Shown here: positions 51,560 to 64,000 of the stretch, piece by piece
Numbering within the stretch: the stretch's first letter is position 1
Layout of the letters: every line of letters begins with the position of its first letter
Assembly: GCF_048593235.1 (NCBI RefSeq)
Contig: NC_133618.1
Coordinates: 58,438,478-58,502,477 of the forward strand
DNA length: 64,000 nucleotides
Source of the DNA: Sminthopsis crassicaudata
Lineage: Eukaryota
Direction: 5' to 3'
Made by a program: the position numbers and the translations under genes
The notes under the pieces: generated by a model
Database searches by the model: none
Told to the model about the DNA's origin: nothing
The model's input: only the letters and a program-made list of their open reading frames with translations

Positions 51560-52200
51560 AATACCCATCCCCTCCACTAGTATCCAATTCTACTCTCTCT
51601 CATCTCTTCTGCATTGGTTGGCTGGTGTCCTTCATACTTGAAAAGGACCAAACTGTTATCACTATGTTAAGAATCCAAGTGCTGCGCGTCCGACTGTGGC
51701 CAATCAGACCAACACAAGCTTGGAATGCTCTGCCACAGGTCGGACACCAATAGTCCATGTAAACATTTGAGGGCTCCTCTAACTTTCCTCTGAGCTAATT
51801 CAATTCTGTTTTGTCCATAGAGCACAGGAGATTCTTTCCCTTCTCTGATGAGGGCATGTCATGTTGGGCAGTCCTGTTCCAGTGTCTGCCGTGTCATACA
51901 ATTGATTCTAATGTTCTTAAGAGAGATTTTGAGAAAATCCTTGAATCGTTTTTTCTAATCACTTGGTGAGCCCTTGCTCTGTGTGAGTTCTCCATAAAAT
52001 AATCTTTTTTGGGCAAGCATATATTTGACATTCGAACAGTATGACCAGCCCAATGGAGTTGTGCTCTCTGCAGTAGTTGGAACACTTGTCATTTTACTTC
52101 AAGAAAGGAGTTCAGTGTCTGGTACCTGATCTTCAGAATCTTCCTGGGACAATTCAAATGGAAGCAATTCTTTTTCCTGGCATGGCACTGGTATATTCTC
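51560..52200 (-). mobile_element. RTE-clade LINE 3' fragment
   Basis: ORF 51894..52085 LLQRAQLHWAGHTVRMSNICLPKK matches the RTE ORF C-terminal motif LRWAGHV.RM...LPK. Confidence 0.8.
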
Positions 52201-52229
52201 TTCTGAGTGTTTGTCCTGGATCATCTTCA

Positions 52230-52760
52230 GGTATTTTTATTTAGCAAACTCTTCTCATCTACTGTTTACAAACAGTGCCACTCATCTTTAAAAAAAATCA
52301 TCTCTTGATTCTACCATCCCCACAAGCCATCATCCAGTATCTTTCTTCCCTCTCAAAGGCCTAGAAAAACTGATATACACTAACTGCCTCCATCTTCTCT
52401 ACTCACACTCACCTTACCACCCCTTGAAATCTATTTTTTTATCTCATCTGTTATTTGAAACTGTTCTCTCCACGATCGACTAATGGCCACATCAGATGGA
52501 TGGTCTTTTCTGAGTCCTCCTCCACTGTGTTTTATATTGCAGCTCTCTCTTCTTGTATCACTACTCTCTCTTGATCCTCTTTTCCCCAGATTGCCTGGCC
52601 GCTCCTTGTATTTTGTATTATTGCTCATTCTCTTCCCTCCTACCAAGGCTTGTTCTTGGTCTTCCTTCTCCCCCCTATCCACATAGGGTATCATATCCTT
52701 ACCTACAGATTCTCTTAAAAGCACTTTTTTCTCTTTTGTACCTCTGAACTCTCCCAAGAT
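52230..52760 (+). mobile_element. Degraded L2 fragment
   Basis: L2-like pyrimidine-rich ORF2 remnant. Confidence 0.55.
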
Positions 52761-52989
52761 ATTGTGGGGTTTATTGGCTAGATTTCTTTCTTAAGAATCA
52801 TGCCTTAAACCAAAACCAATCTGATTCTAATTGGCCACCAATCAGTCCTATGCAAAGCCCCGTTGGTCATAGTTTGGGTCCTGATTGACTCAGATTGAAT
52901 GTAAATAGCAATCATTTCTGCTTTGGCTAGAAACCCAGAGGATCTTCCCCTCTCAGATTAATTCATTCAGTTATTTATTTAGATTTTTT

Positions 52990-53275
52990 GGACTAGGCTG
53001 AAGAGGAGATTCTTTGCCTCAGTTGCTACCTAGCATTAATCACTGAATGGGTGCAGCCTCAGTCAAATGGAGATCTGTCAGAAACCTTAGCTTAAAAAGG
53101 CCAAGGACTCCCACTGCGTCCAGGGCCATCTCCAGTCGTATATTGGGCCACTACACTCAAAGGCTCTGGAGGGGAAAGTGAGGCAGGGAACCTTGTCCAG
53201 CCTCCCTGACTGAAATTCAATTCTCTCACATGTCATAGCATCCTCTCTCTGATGTCAGGGTCCTCTTGGAAATAA
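52990..53275 (+). mobile_element. RTE-associated marsupial SINE (WALLSI-type)
   Basis: aaaaggccaagg.ctcccactgc.tcc.gggccatctccagtcgt...ggctctggagg..aaagtgaggc; family named from memory. Confidence 0.55.
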
Positions 53276-54056
53276 TCACTCAGGCAGACTTTCCTCCCAC
53301 TCCCATCTAACATCCAATCAGTTGGCACTTGGGATTCCCACAATTTACTTGGAATCTATCCCCTTATCTTCCCCTGAGGGGACCATCCTGGATTAGGCCT
53401 TTATCCCCACTTCTCTGGATTGTTCCAACAGTCTCCTACTTAGACTCCCTGCTTCAAGTTTCTCCCTTCTACATCCACCCGCTATTACAAAGTTAGTATT
53501 CCTAAAGCCTAAGTCAAACAATGTCATCCTTACTGAAAAATCCCAATAGTCTGCCTTTCCTCTAGGGTAAGGCACATACTCCTCTGCTTGGCTCCTAAAA
53601 CTCCAGCCTGTTTTCCAGTAACTAACTATTAATTCTCCTTCATCTACTTTCTACCCAAGGCTATGTCCAGGTTGTCCCCCAACATGAAGTGCCTCATCTT
53701 GACCTTTACCTCCTGCTATCTCTACTTCTATCTGAAAAGCCTTGTCGTACAAGAAATATATCCTGATCCCTTACCGCAGCTAGCTTCCCCCCTCTTGGAA
53801 ATTACTTGTATAGATTTTATGTTGAATATTCTATGTATATATTGTTTCTCCTGGCCAAAATGTATGTTCTTCAAGAGTACAGACCATTTCATTTTTGTCT
53901 TTCTCTCCTAAGAGTCAAGGACATTAATAAGGGAGGAATCTAAACCGAACAAGGGAAAACAGATGAAGTGCAATGTGAAGAAAGTAGAATGACTGTCCAA
54001 AAAAATGAATTTAAGTTCAACTTTAAATTTAACTCAAGTACTACTAAACCTAACTT

Positions 54057-54209
54057 TAATTATTTATTTATTTTCTTCTGAGGCTGGGGTTAAGTGACTT
54101 GCCCAGGGTCATACAGCTAGGAAGTGTTAAGTGTCTGAGACCACATTTGAACTCAGGTCCTCCTGAATTCAAGGCTGGTACTCTATCCACTGCGCCACCT
54201 AGCTGCCCC
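54057..54209 (-). mobile_element. Young WSINE1-type SINE
   Basis: TSD AACCTAACTT at 54047-54056 and 54210-54219. Confidence 0.9.
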
Positions 54210-54741
54210 AACCTAACTTAAATTTAAATGATAATCAAACAAACTCTACAAGGGAGAAGGAACAAGAGTCATGGCAAAAGGGATGTTTTTGTTAAGAGTG
54301 TTCAAATTAATGCACACATGGCCTTCTGTGATCTAAATCATAGAATTTGGACCTCATCTAGTCAGACTTCCTCATTTTACAAAAGAGGGAATTGAGGCAA
54401 AGTGAGACTAAGCAACTCACAGCTGGCCCAACTTCAGGCAAAATCCTTTCATCTCCTGAGGACTCCATGGCACTAGATTAGTGTGGGGGCCGACCTCGGC
54501 TTTCTGATTTCTAGTCTGAGGCCCCAGACCACCCAAACTGTTCCAGAACATATCTATCTATCCTTCCCACCAAGGCAGATCTGACCAGATCTGGGTTCCC
54601 AGGTCAACCTCCTTTTCTGGGGCTGAGAGTCTCAAAGAGGAAAAAAAGATTTCCAACCAGGTGGTCATGCATTCCCTTTCGGCTTCACAGCATGCCTACA
54701 AAGGACAGACCAGGCCAGAACCCTGAGACTACCTGGCACCG

Positions 54742-55062
54742 GTAATGCCAGGCTCTCAATGCTGAGCACCCAGTAATGCCAGGCTCTCAACACTGAGCAC
54801 CCATTAATGCCAGGCTCTCAACATTGAGCACCCAGTAATGCCAGGCTCTCAACATTGAGCACCCAGTAATGCCAGGCTCTCAACACTGAGCACCCAGTAA
54901 TGCCAGGCTCTCAACATTGAGCACCCAGTAATGCCAGACTTTCAATGCCAAGCACTCAGTAATGCCAGGCTCTCAACATTGAGCACCCAGTAATGCCAGG
55001 CTCTCAACATTGAACATCCAGTAATGCCAGGCTCTCAACATTGAGCACCCAGTAATGCCAGA
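54742..55062. repeat. Minisatellite, 31-bp unit CAGTAATGCCAGGCTCTCAACATTGAGCACC, 10 full copies plus a partial
   Basis: TAATGCCA recurs at an exact 31-nt period from 54743 to 55053. Confidence 0.95.
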
Positions 55063-55214
55063 CTCCCAGTGATGAGATCTCCTCAGCCAACACTATAAAA
55101 TCATGTGGGTGCATGTGTGTCTCTATATTAAATAGACATTTCTTCCTTCTATGTGGCTCCAGGAGGTCTCTGAAAAATGAGTACAAGGGTTTTGATGAAT
55201 CTTCCCATACCTCA

Positions 55215-55457
<243 letters not shown>

Positions 55458-55653
55458 TCAAAGTGACAATTCTTATTTTCACCTTTTCTTGTTTTGCCCC
55501 AATTTACCTTATTTATTTTGATCTAACTAGTTGAAAAAATCATCAAGGGAGGAATGTTATATCAGTGTTATCAATACTCAAGGAAGAGAATAATAATAGT
55601 AATACCTGACTCATTCTCCACAAAGGCATAGAGGTTTTCATAGGAATTAAAAT

Positions 55654-55654
<1 letters not shown>

Positions 55655-55704
<50 letters not shown>
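55655..55704. repeat. (CA)25 microsatellite
   Basis: Direct reading. Confidence 0.97.
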
Positions 55705-55708
<4 letters not shown>

Positions 55709-57244
55709 TGTACACAGTTGCACCTTGGAGTCTTAATTCACAAACTACTGCCCAGTTTCACTGGAGATGAGAACAAATTGACTGGATAAAGCCCAATTTT
55801 TTACAATCTAACTGGTTTATGAGAAATGATAAAAGGGATGGTTTAGAGAAATGTGGAAGGCTTGTACAAAGTGATGAATGAGTAGAGGCAAGAAAACAAC
55901 TTCTATAATAACCACCTAATTAAAAAGATAAAACACCTTTGAGAAACTTAGGAATTCTGATTAACACAATGACCAGCTGTGATTACATAGACTTAATGAT
56001 GAATCATAGTGTCCTCTTCTAGACAGAGGTGACTGACCCAGAGAACAAACTGAGACTGATTTGGGGGGCAGGGAGGCCATGGCCAATAAGGGAATTGATT
56101 TTGCTTGCCTATGTTTGTAGCAGAGGTTTTGTTTATTTTTCTTTCTCAGTGGGGGATAAGGGTGGGGAGGAGATGGGAAGGAGATAGATTTTTGCTGATT
56201 GAGAAAGAAATAATTTTCAAAAGTCTGCAGATGAGGAAAAAAGAAAGCTAGTTAAACTTCCATAGGAATTATTTGGGTTTAATGATCTGAGTTTTACAAG
56301 AATCCAAATCCTGTTATGAGACTATAATATTACTATGAAATCTGCTTCACAGTCATAGTCAATAAATATTTATTAAGCTCCTATTATATGCCAGGCATTG
56401 TGCTAAGTGCTGAAGAGGTAAATAAGAAAAAGTCCCTGCTCTCAAAGAGATGTTGGGTGCTAGAGGGTCTCAGCCCCTAGGCCATGATGAAATCAAGCAG
56501 CACAGTTGACAAAATGAAGTTAGCAGAAAATTTTGAATCAAAGGAAAGAGTATGAAAGCTAAATTAAACCTATACTGGGGGAAGCGTAATGTTCTTGGCA
56601 TCTAAACGAAGCAAACACAGCTGGTGGGAAATGAAGCTTGCTGGAATTTATGGGAAGGAAAACTGGGATTTATGATTGTCATTGAGAGCATTGGCCCCCA
56701 ACTGCAGACAGCAACCTCTCTACAACTTTGGTCTCCTTTGAAAAGTTGCTTTGGCAGAGAAATTGGTCACCTTGTAGTTACCAGCCATAAGTCTTCCAAA
56801 TGAAGTTAGATTAGAATTTGGCCAACACATATCCAATCTGTCTAAGGCCCCATAATAAACTATTGAAAAAATGTCACAAAAATATTCTTAGACAACTCCT
56901 ACTCGGTGCAGAATATCTATTGAAACATCCTCAACCAATGATTGCCCAGAACTATTTGCAAGAAGCAAGAAATTCAGTATCTCACTAGGGAGCTCACTGC
57001 ACAGCTGGGGAGCTCTAATGGTTAGGCGGTCATTCCTTACACTTTCCTGTAATTTGTCTCCTGTGGTCACCATTCTGCTCTATGGAGTCATACAGAAAAT
57101 AGCTAATCTTTCCTCCATGGAATACTCTTCAAATATTTGAAAACAGTGGGCAGGTCCCTCCTAAGGCTAGTTATTCTAAGATAAACAACCCTGGTACCTT
57201 AAACTCGATATCTATGTGACATAGTTTTGGATCTTTTCACCATT

Positions 57245-57350
57245 ATACTTATTATACTATATATATTATATTAATATATTACATATATATTAATATAATA
57301 TATATTATATAATATATTACATATGCTATATTATATATATTATACTTATT
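57245..57350. repeat. AT-only low-complexity tract
   Basis: Almost exclusively TA/TAA/ATT repeats. Confidence 0.85.
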
Positions 57351-58939
57351 TTTATAACCCTGATTTAGCTTGTTAATTGATGATGAAAGCTAGGAAATTT
57401 GTAAGCAATTAAGATGATCTAGAGAGGAAGTCAGATCATACTACATTTGAGTTTTGAAGAAAAAAACCTGTTCTATCAAGGGAGAAATAAAGATAAAGGT
57501 AAAGATTTGACTGTTTCTATTGCAAATATCTATTTAAACATTCCTTTTCTTTTCAAGTTTTATTATAAATGTTATTACAAATGTTTATAATTTATTATAA
57601 ATTATAAATAAAATTTATTTTAAATGTTAAAATAAAATTTTAATAAAACTTTGAGCTTCAAAATACTCAATTTGATTCCTCTCTCACTATAAGTATATAT
57701 AGGTTTGAGGACCACACCAACAATATCTTATTTGCTCCTTTATCTTTCTCCCCTCTTTCTTCTTCTGTTTATTAATTTTATAATGAAAGCTAATGATGCA
57801 TTCCCTCCTTTTGGTTGACCAAAAACTGCATCAAAAATTACTTCAAAGTCCATTTTGAAATCCCTAGATTTTCAAATATATCCCACAAGGCATCTTTGAG
57901 CAACAGAAAATACATTTTGTCACTGAGAAGGTCAGTCTAGCACATACATGGCGGCAGACAGAGGTGATAAAGACCTATTCACACAGACACTTCTGGGACA
58001 AGAAGCTTTTGTTTCAACCAAAAGTTGAATAGCCTTAAAACAGTCTGCCTGGAAAAATGACTCACTCAGCAGGAGAAAGAAAACTTCTGGGCTTTCAGAC
58101 TAATTGCAAATTTTAGGTTTTATAACAGCCTCTCAGGGAAAGCCACAAATGAAATTACATAGAGAATGCAGTGGGGAAAAGATCTGGATTCAGTAGACGA
58201 ATTCAAATCCTGATCGAGTGACCCTGGACAAGCCATTTTACCTCTGTGCCTCAGGTACCCCATTTGTAAAAAAGGATACTACAGTATTCTGCACACACAG
58301 GGTTATCATGAGGAATGTTATTTTTAAAGCCTTAAATCATTATATAAGCTGGGAGTCATCACACCACAGTTCTCACTCCCACTGCCCTCTGCATGATGCT
58401 GAACTATGAGTTTTCATAGCATACAATAATCCGTGATGTGTAATGTCTATTTGGGGATCATACCACATCAGCAGAGATGCAGGCCCAGATCTCCCATGTG
58501 TGAGTGCCTCGTGTAGCCACTCACACTTTCCATAAATAATTTTTGTTCCTATCCTCCAAAGGCCCCTCTACCTTCTCTTGTGAACGGCCATCTTAGTATG
58601 ATCAGCTCACAGATCTCCCTCTATGGCCCCTCTACCAAGGAACTTTTCATTGGTAAGTGCTGAAGGCTGCTCACATCTCTCCATTTCTCTTTAGGTAACC
58701 TGAAACCTTAATTCTTCAGAGACAATGGCATTATTCCAAGTCATATTCACAGCCATATAGCATCATTGCAAAGAATGCTGATATTAATAGCAATAATAGT
58801 GTTGGTAAATGGAAAGGACAGAGGTGAGAGACAGGCTGCCCCATTACCTCAAGAATTCTGGGCCCCAGGACAATAGAACCTCAGAGGGCCTTCAGAAGGC
58901 ACAATGCATACATACTGTAAGAAATGAAATCCATCTTAC

Positions 58940-58976
58940 CGCCTTTCATCGTGGCTCACTGGCTTTGTGGGGAAGA
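58940..58976 (-). other. DUS2: Candidate 37-nt non-coding 5'UTR exon of DUS2
   Basis: Strong acceptor ttccctttacccccAG and donor GCG|GTAAGA on the DUS2 strand, 3.5 kb upstream of the first coding exon. Splice signals only; no transcript evidence. Confidence 0.45.
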
Positions 58977-60594
58977 CTGGGGGTAAAGGGAATGGAGTCC
59001 CACTAACAATTCACTCCCTCGTTACACAAACTGCCTCAATCCTTGGCAAACACTTGACACTCCCAATAGAGACATGTTCTGCTACACATGCCTTCCTGCC
59101 CTAATTTCTGCAGAGTGCACCAGCTTTGCTCCCAGGCTGCCCAACTCCCAATCTGCACAATCATCCCTCTCAGAAGCCTCCATCACACAAACCAAGTTAG
59201 GTATTCTTTCACTCAAGCAACTTTAAAAAATTGCTTACTTCTACCGTGGGATGCTTTCCTTCAGAGGGAGGAGAGAGTCTCACTGCAATTATAAACACTG
59301 ACACCCAATACACAACAGCTGAGTGTTTGCAAACTTCTAAGTTATACCTGAATTGCACGTAAGAAACACCCATGTGCATCTCCACTGTCAGAGGCTGCAA
59401 GGGACAGCCAAACTTCAAAATGTCACTCTCAATTAAAGAAGCTTTATTTAAAGTTGGATGGAGATTGGTATTAGAAAATACAAGCAACAATTAGACTTTC
59501 ATCCAATATGCTTGCAAGGATATACTAGGTATATAAAATTAATCTCTGGCACACAGTAGGTGCTCAATAAATGCCTGTTGATTAATTGATTTAGGTATAG
59601 ATTAGATGAAAGAATTAATGGACCTGACATTATCTGATGTCAGATGGTATCATTCCCCATGCGACAGATCATAATTTCACAGGTTTAAGTAATATTCTCT
59701 CCCACAGTGCAGAGAACAACAAGCCATCCACGGCTTCTCATCTCTAGAGCCTCTCTATATCCTTCCAACATTCACAGTGCAGCATGGTAAAATTAAAACA
59801 TCTTATGAATAGCTCCGAATAGGGGAAAGGCCTTTGGACTCAAGTTCTAACACCTGGGATTGGATAGTGACTCTGATACTAATTGTATAATTGTGGGCAA
59901 ATCATTAGCAACCTCTTGAGTCTGTTTGCCCCTCTCTAACATCTGTACTACATGCCTCACGCGACCGCTGAGGAGAAAGCACTGTGTAAACCTGAAAGCA
60001 TCATACAAACATGAATTATTATTATATCAATATAAACTACCAGGAAAATGATGGAGAAAACAGATAAAGTGGCAGACTATATGAGTTAATAATTATAATG
60101 CTCTTAAGTACATTTCTCTAAATATTTTAGAAAAGACTAAATTTAAAAGGGAGATTTAAAATTTTGCAGTTAGAAATATAGATCACAGACTTTTAGAGCT
60201 ATGAAGAACTCTAGAGACCACTTTAGGGGACAATAAGACTCAGTGCAATCAAGTGACTTGCCTAGAATCACCCGGCTAGCAAGTGCTATGGCTGGGCCTT
60301 ACCCCCAAGGTCCCAACCCTCCAGCCCAGCACTTTCCCATATCATATTTCCTTACCAAAGCAATGTGAAGGGGAGCAAAGTGCCGAATGTGTTCTAGGCC
60401 CAGAGAACTGACCAGCCTGGCAGTGCTCCATAAAGCTAAGAGCAAAAAATAAAGCTGAGAAGATCAAAAGGGGCCAGATTGTGGGGACTTTGAATCAGAT
60501 TAAAGAGCTTGTCCTATACACAAAAGAAAGGTTTCTGTGAATGACATGATCAATGTCATGGTTAAGGAAGCTTGATCTAGTGAAGAGATTACTA

Positions 60595-60745
60595 TTATTA
60601 TTTTTATTTTAATTAAAACTTTATTTTCAAAATATATACATGGATAATTTTTAACATTCATCCCTACAAAACCCTGTGTTAATTGTTCCCCCTGCCTTCT
60701 CTCCACCTCCCCCCCTAGATGGCAAATGATCCAATATATATATTA
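60595..60745 (-). mobile_element. Short marsupial L1 3' terminus
   Basis: ataatttttaacattcatccctacaaaacc...ccctagatggcaa. Confidence 0.7.
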
Positions 60746-61069
60746 AACATGTGCAATTCCTCTGAATAGGTTATTATTAACAAGATTCCTGTGGTAGTAT
60801 AATTCTGCAGACCTGTTTACTGTCAAGTTCCTTGTAATGACATTTTACTTTTAGTATGCTATAGCAGAATACTCTAGAACAATAGCTCTCAATAAGATTT
60901 TAAGAGCATAAAGGTGTCATGAAAATAATAATTAATTTGTACCCAGAGATCTTTTGTTTGTGTGGTTTATATTTATAGATATTCAGAAATTAAAACTGGT
61001 AAATCTTAAATATTTATTATGATATAAAATTTATATGTATACACATATATATATAACATTTTAAAGAAA

Positions 61070-61352
61070 AATTAACTTAAGACAAAATTTAGTGAGAATG
61101 GCATTGTTTCTCTTTAATGCCTGGTTTAATAGAAAAAAGCTGGATTCGCAAATCTGCTTCAGCATTCAATCTGTTGCAATATATTGTTTTGGTTGAAGAA
61201 AATCTAACCTCACACAAAAATGCAATTGGAAAGGGAAGGAGTATTTTAATAGGCAAATAAGATCTTATTATCATAAAAAGTTTTGGCCCAAAGACCCTCT
61301 CTAAGGTCTTGGGGACTCTCAGGGGCCCCAGATTACATTTTGAGAACCAATC
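61070..61352. mobile_element. Charlie1-like hAT DNA transposon remnant
   Basis: ctttaatgcctggtttaatagaa...tctgcttcagcattcaatctgttgc...acattttgagaacca. Confidence 0.55.
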
Positions 61353-63419
61353 ATCTAGCCAATAAATCAGAATAGGGATCAGATATGCTATTTTACTGAT
61401 AATACTCCCAAATGACAGGCTCCCTCTAGCAATTCAAGTTGGTATATTGACTGCAGTTTATAAAGGATGTTTAAGAAACCTTCGTGATGATTCATCTTTA
61501 ATAACTTGTTACTTTCAGAACTGCTAGCACACAGAGAAGTCAAACCCTGGACAGAGGTGCTCCTGGCTCAGAGGCCACCTTTCTGCTCGCTACAATCTGC
61601 GGCTCCCAATTTGGACAGAGCCATATGGGGGAGAAGGTGCAGCAGGACATTGTCCTCTGCCTCAACACCCAGATTTCATGTTATCCAGATATGTTAATCA
61701 CAAATGAATTTTCATGAAATGACGAAATTCCATGGCTTCGCCTATTTTCCTTTTCAATTGTCTATGTGCTTAAACACTGAGATTTCATGAGTGTAGGGGG
61801 GTATCCATTCCACTATACAGGCCATGATTTGTCTACAGCTACACTAGAATGACTTTGGGGGCTGTTACAGCTAAAAAAAAAAAAAAAAAAAAAATCAACA
61901 TCATGCAGCAAACCTGGCCAAACTGAACTGGTCTCTGGACGTCAGATGTATCCCAAAGCTTCTTGGGCACGGTGGGGCTCACAAGGCTTTTGGATCCATT
62001 GGCAGAGTTTGGGAAACCCAGGGTCACCTCAGTGTCATCATGGACGACAGGTGGTGAGATGATACAGCACTGGGTCTGGCCTCAAGAAGATCTGGGTTCA
62101 AATCCAGCCTCAGACATCCTAGCTGTGTGATCCTGGGCAAGCCACTTAACCTCTGTCTCCCTTCCTTCCTTTGTACTTTGTCTATGTTGTCAAACAACTA
62201 AGATATAGCCATCTAACACTCCAATCAAACTTATAACACTGCTGATAGATCCTAAATTCTGATGGCAAATTGTCTTCCTCACTTTTATAGCTCCTATGAT
62301 TTCTAACAGTGCCTTAGACAAATGGTAGCAAATGCTCAAAAAGTATCTGTAAATACAATTAAAACAATAAAGCCACCTTCATTATATCTTTATTGCCTGT
62401 TGAGTAAAATACAAATATTCCTTAGTCTGGCATTTAAATTAGTCTTTTAATTTAATCTGAGTCCATTTTCCTATATTATTTCATACCATTCCTCTTCCCC
62501 TGAACTATCTAGGTTGTAGCTCTACCCTCATGTTACCATCTTTTGCATTTTTCCAGACCACAAACTATAACTGAAGTATATATTCTCTTCTCATCTTCAC
62601 TCATTAATCTTCCCTCAAAACTTGACTCAATACAGTCTAAACTGATATTCCCTCAGTTCAAAGTATTTTTCCCCTTCTCAAATCTTCCCGGAGCACCCAT
62701 CTGAGTCTCTCATTTGCCTTGCTTCCCTACCTTACATTATACTTAAATGCTTAACACCAAACCCCCTACCTTGCATTATGCTTAAATGCGTAATAGGTTC
62801 TTATCTTCTTAACCCTAAAACTAAGCAAGATGCCTTATCCATAAGAGGTGCCCAATAAATATTTTGAATTCAATTCCTAAACTAACTTTGGACACTCAGA
62901 AATGGAAAACAAAAAGTGAACATAGAGCCCCTAGTTCCTGGACAAGTGTTATTATTGAAAGTGGTCATTGTTTGCTGGCTTTTCTCCCTTTTGTGTTCAG
63001 ACCAACTCTTGCAGGCTTGGCAAGAAATCTAAGAAGAAAAGTCAAGTCAGTAAACAAATACCCAAGTACTGCTCCAGTAGGTTTGAAGCCTGCCTTTCCA
63101 TGGAGCTGTGGACATGTCTCAGCTTTTCCTGGTCTGGTCTAACCTGTTTTGTAAGCGGCACTCCTAAGTTATGAATGTTTGTATTCAATTGGCTTGCATG
63201 GGTGGGTGGATCACTAATAATAGCTATACATAATCTGCTCATTTATATGCACTCCGAAATTAAGAGAAGTAATCAGCAATGAATCTTCTTCAATTTGCTC
63301 AAAACTGCATCACTATTATAACAATTATATATCATATTAGGCTATCTCTGAAATCAGATTTTGTCAATATAACTTGAGATCTGACAACAATGACTACTGT
63401 TTAAAACATTATTGTTTCA

Positions 63420-64000
63420 ATATCAATCAATTAGCTAAGACTACAGGGAAAGATAATGATGAGTGCTGGAGGGGCTGTTGGAAAAACTGGGACACTACCT
63501 TGTGGTGGAGTTGTGAAGTGATCCAGCCATTCTGGAGGACAATATGGACCTATGCCCAAAAGGCTATCAAACTATATATACCCTTTGATTCAGCAGTGTT
63601 TCTACTGGGCTTGTATCCCAAAGAGATATAAAACAGGGAAAAGGACCTACATGTGCAAAAATGTTCATAGAGTCCTTTTTATAGTGGCAACGAAGTGGAA
63701 ACTGAGTGGATGCCCATCAGATGGAGAATGGCTGAATAAGTTATGATATATGAATACTATGGAATATTATTTTTCTCTAAGAAACAATCAGCATGATGAT
63801 TTCAGAGAGGCCTGGAGAGACTTGTATGAACCAATGCTGAATAAAGTGAGTAGAAGCAAGAGAATTATACATGGCAATAGCAAGATAATGTGATGATTAA
63901 CTCTAATGGACATAGCTTTTTTCAACAGAGGTGATTCAGGCCAGTTCCAATGGTCTTGTGATGGAGACAGTCATCTGCACCAGAGAGAGGACTGTGGAGA
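63420..64000 (+). mobile_element. Marsupial L1 ORF2 C-terminus and 3'UTR, running off the window
   Basis: ORF 63374..63631 ECWRGC...LWWSCEVIQPFW...YIPFDSAVFLLGLYPKEI is the L1 ORF2 C-terminal Cys-rich region. Confidence 0.88.

Noticed and set aside
54742-55062. CRISPR-like array (about 31-bp palindromic repeats)
   Set aside because: Units are head-to-tail with no unique spacers, there are no cas genes, and the context is a eukaryotic intron. It is a minisatellite.
58271-58279. U12-type donor GTATCCTTT on the minus strand (also ATATCCTTT at about 40302-40310)
   Set aside because: The first lies in a MIR core, neither adjoins an exon, and about one such 9-mer is expected by chance.
55500-64000. 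DDX28, the head-to-head neighbour of DUS2 in human
   Set aside because: There is no DEAD-box ORF or CpG island here; it would lie beyond the right edge.

Overview
Marsupial genomic DNA, most likely dasyurid given young WSINE1-type CORE-SINEs and marsupial L1 3' ends. The only protein-coding gene I can support is DUS2 (tRNA-dihydrouridine(20) synthase 2) on the minus strand. It has 15 coding exons from ATG 55391 to about 12049, each with GT-AG boundaries, plus a candidate 37-nt 5'UTR exon at 58940-58976. Exons 1-14 splice into an open 412-codon frame with the catalytic NMGCPK, CKIR and VHGR motifs intact. The last exon shows two apparent frame lesions: one G too few at the intron 14 junction, and a frame break after HKRK. 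These are either assembly errors or a recent truncation of the dsRBD. Three CpG-rich regions stand out: an orphan promoter-like island at about 6.7-7.4 kb; a CpG-rich coding exon at about 20.1-20.4 kb; and an intronic island at about 46.4-47.8 kb that appears built from L2/MIR remnants and carries a duplicated ETS-like site, a perfect Pol III B-box and two oppositely oriented consensus CTCF sites. The rest is L1, L2, CR1/L3, RTE, SINE and hAT remnants, a 31-bp minisatellite, microsatellites, long G/C homopolymers and one 145-N gap. I found no CRISPR array, RNA gene or clearly novel system. Repeat family names and human comparisons come from memory and were not searched.
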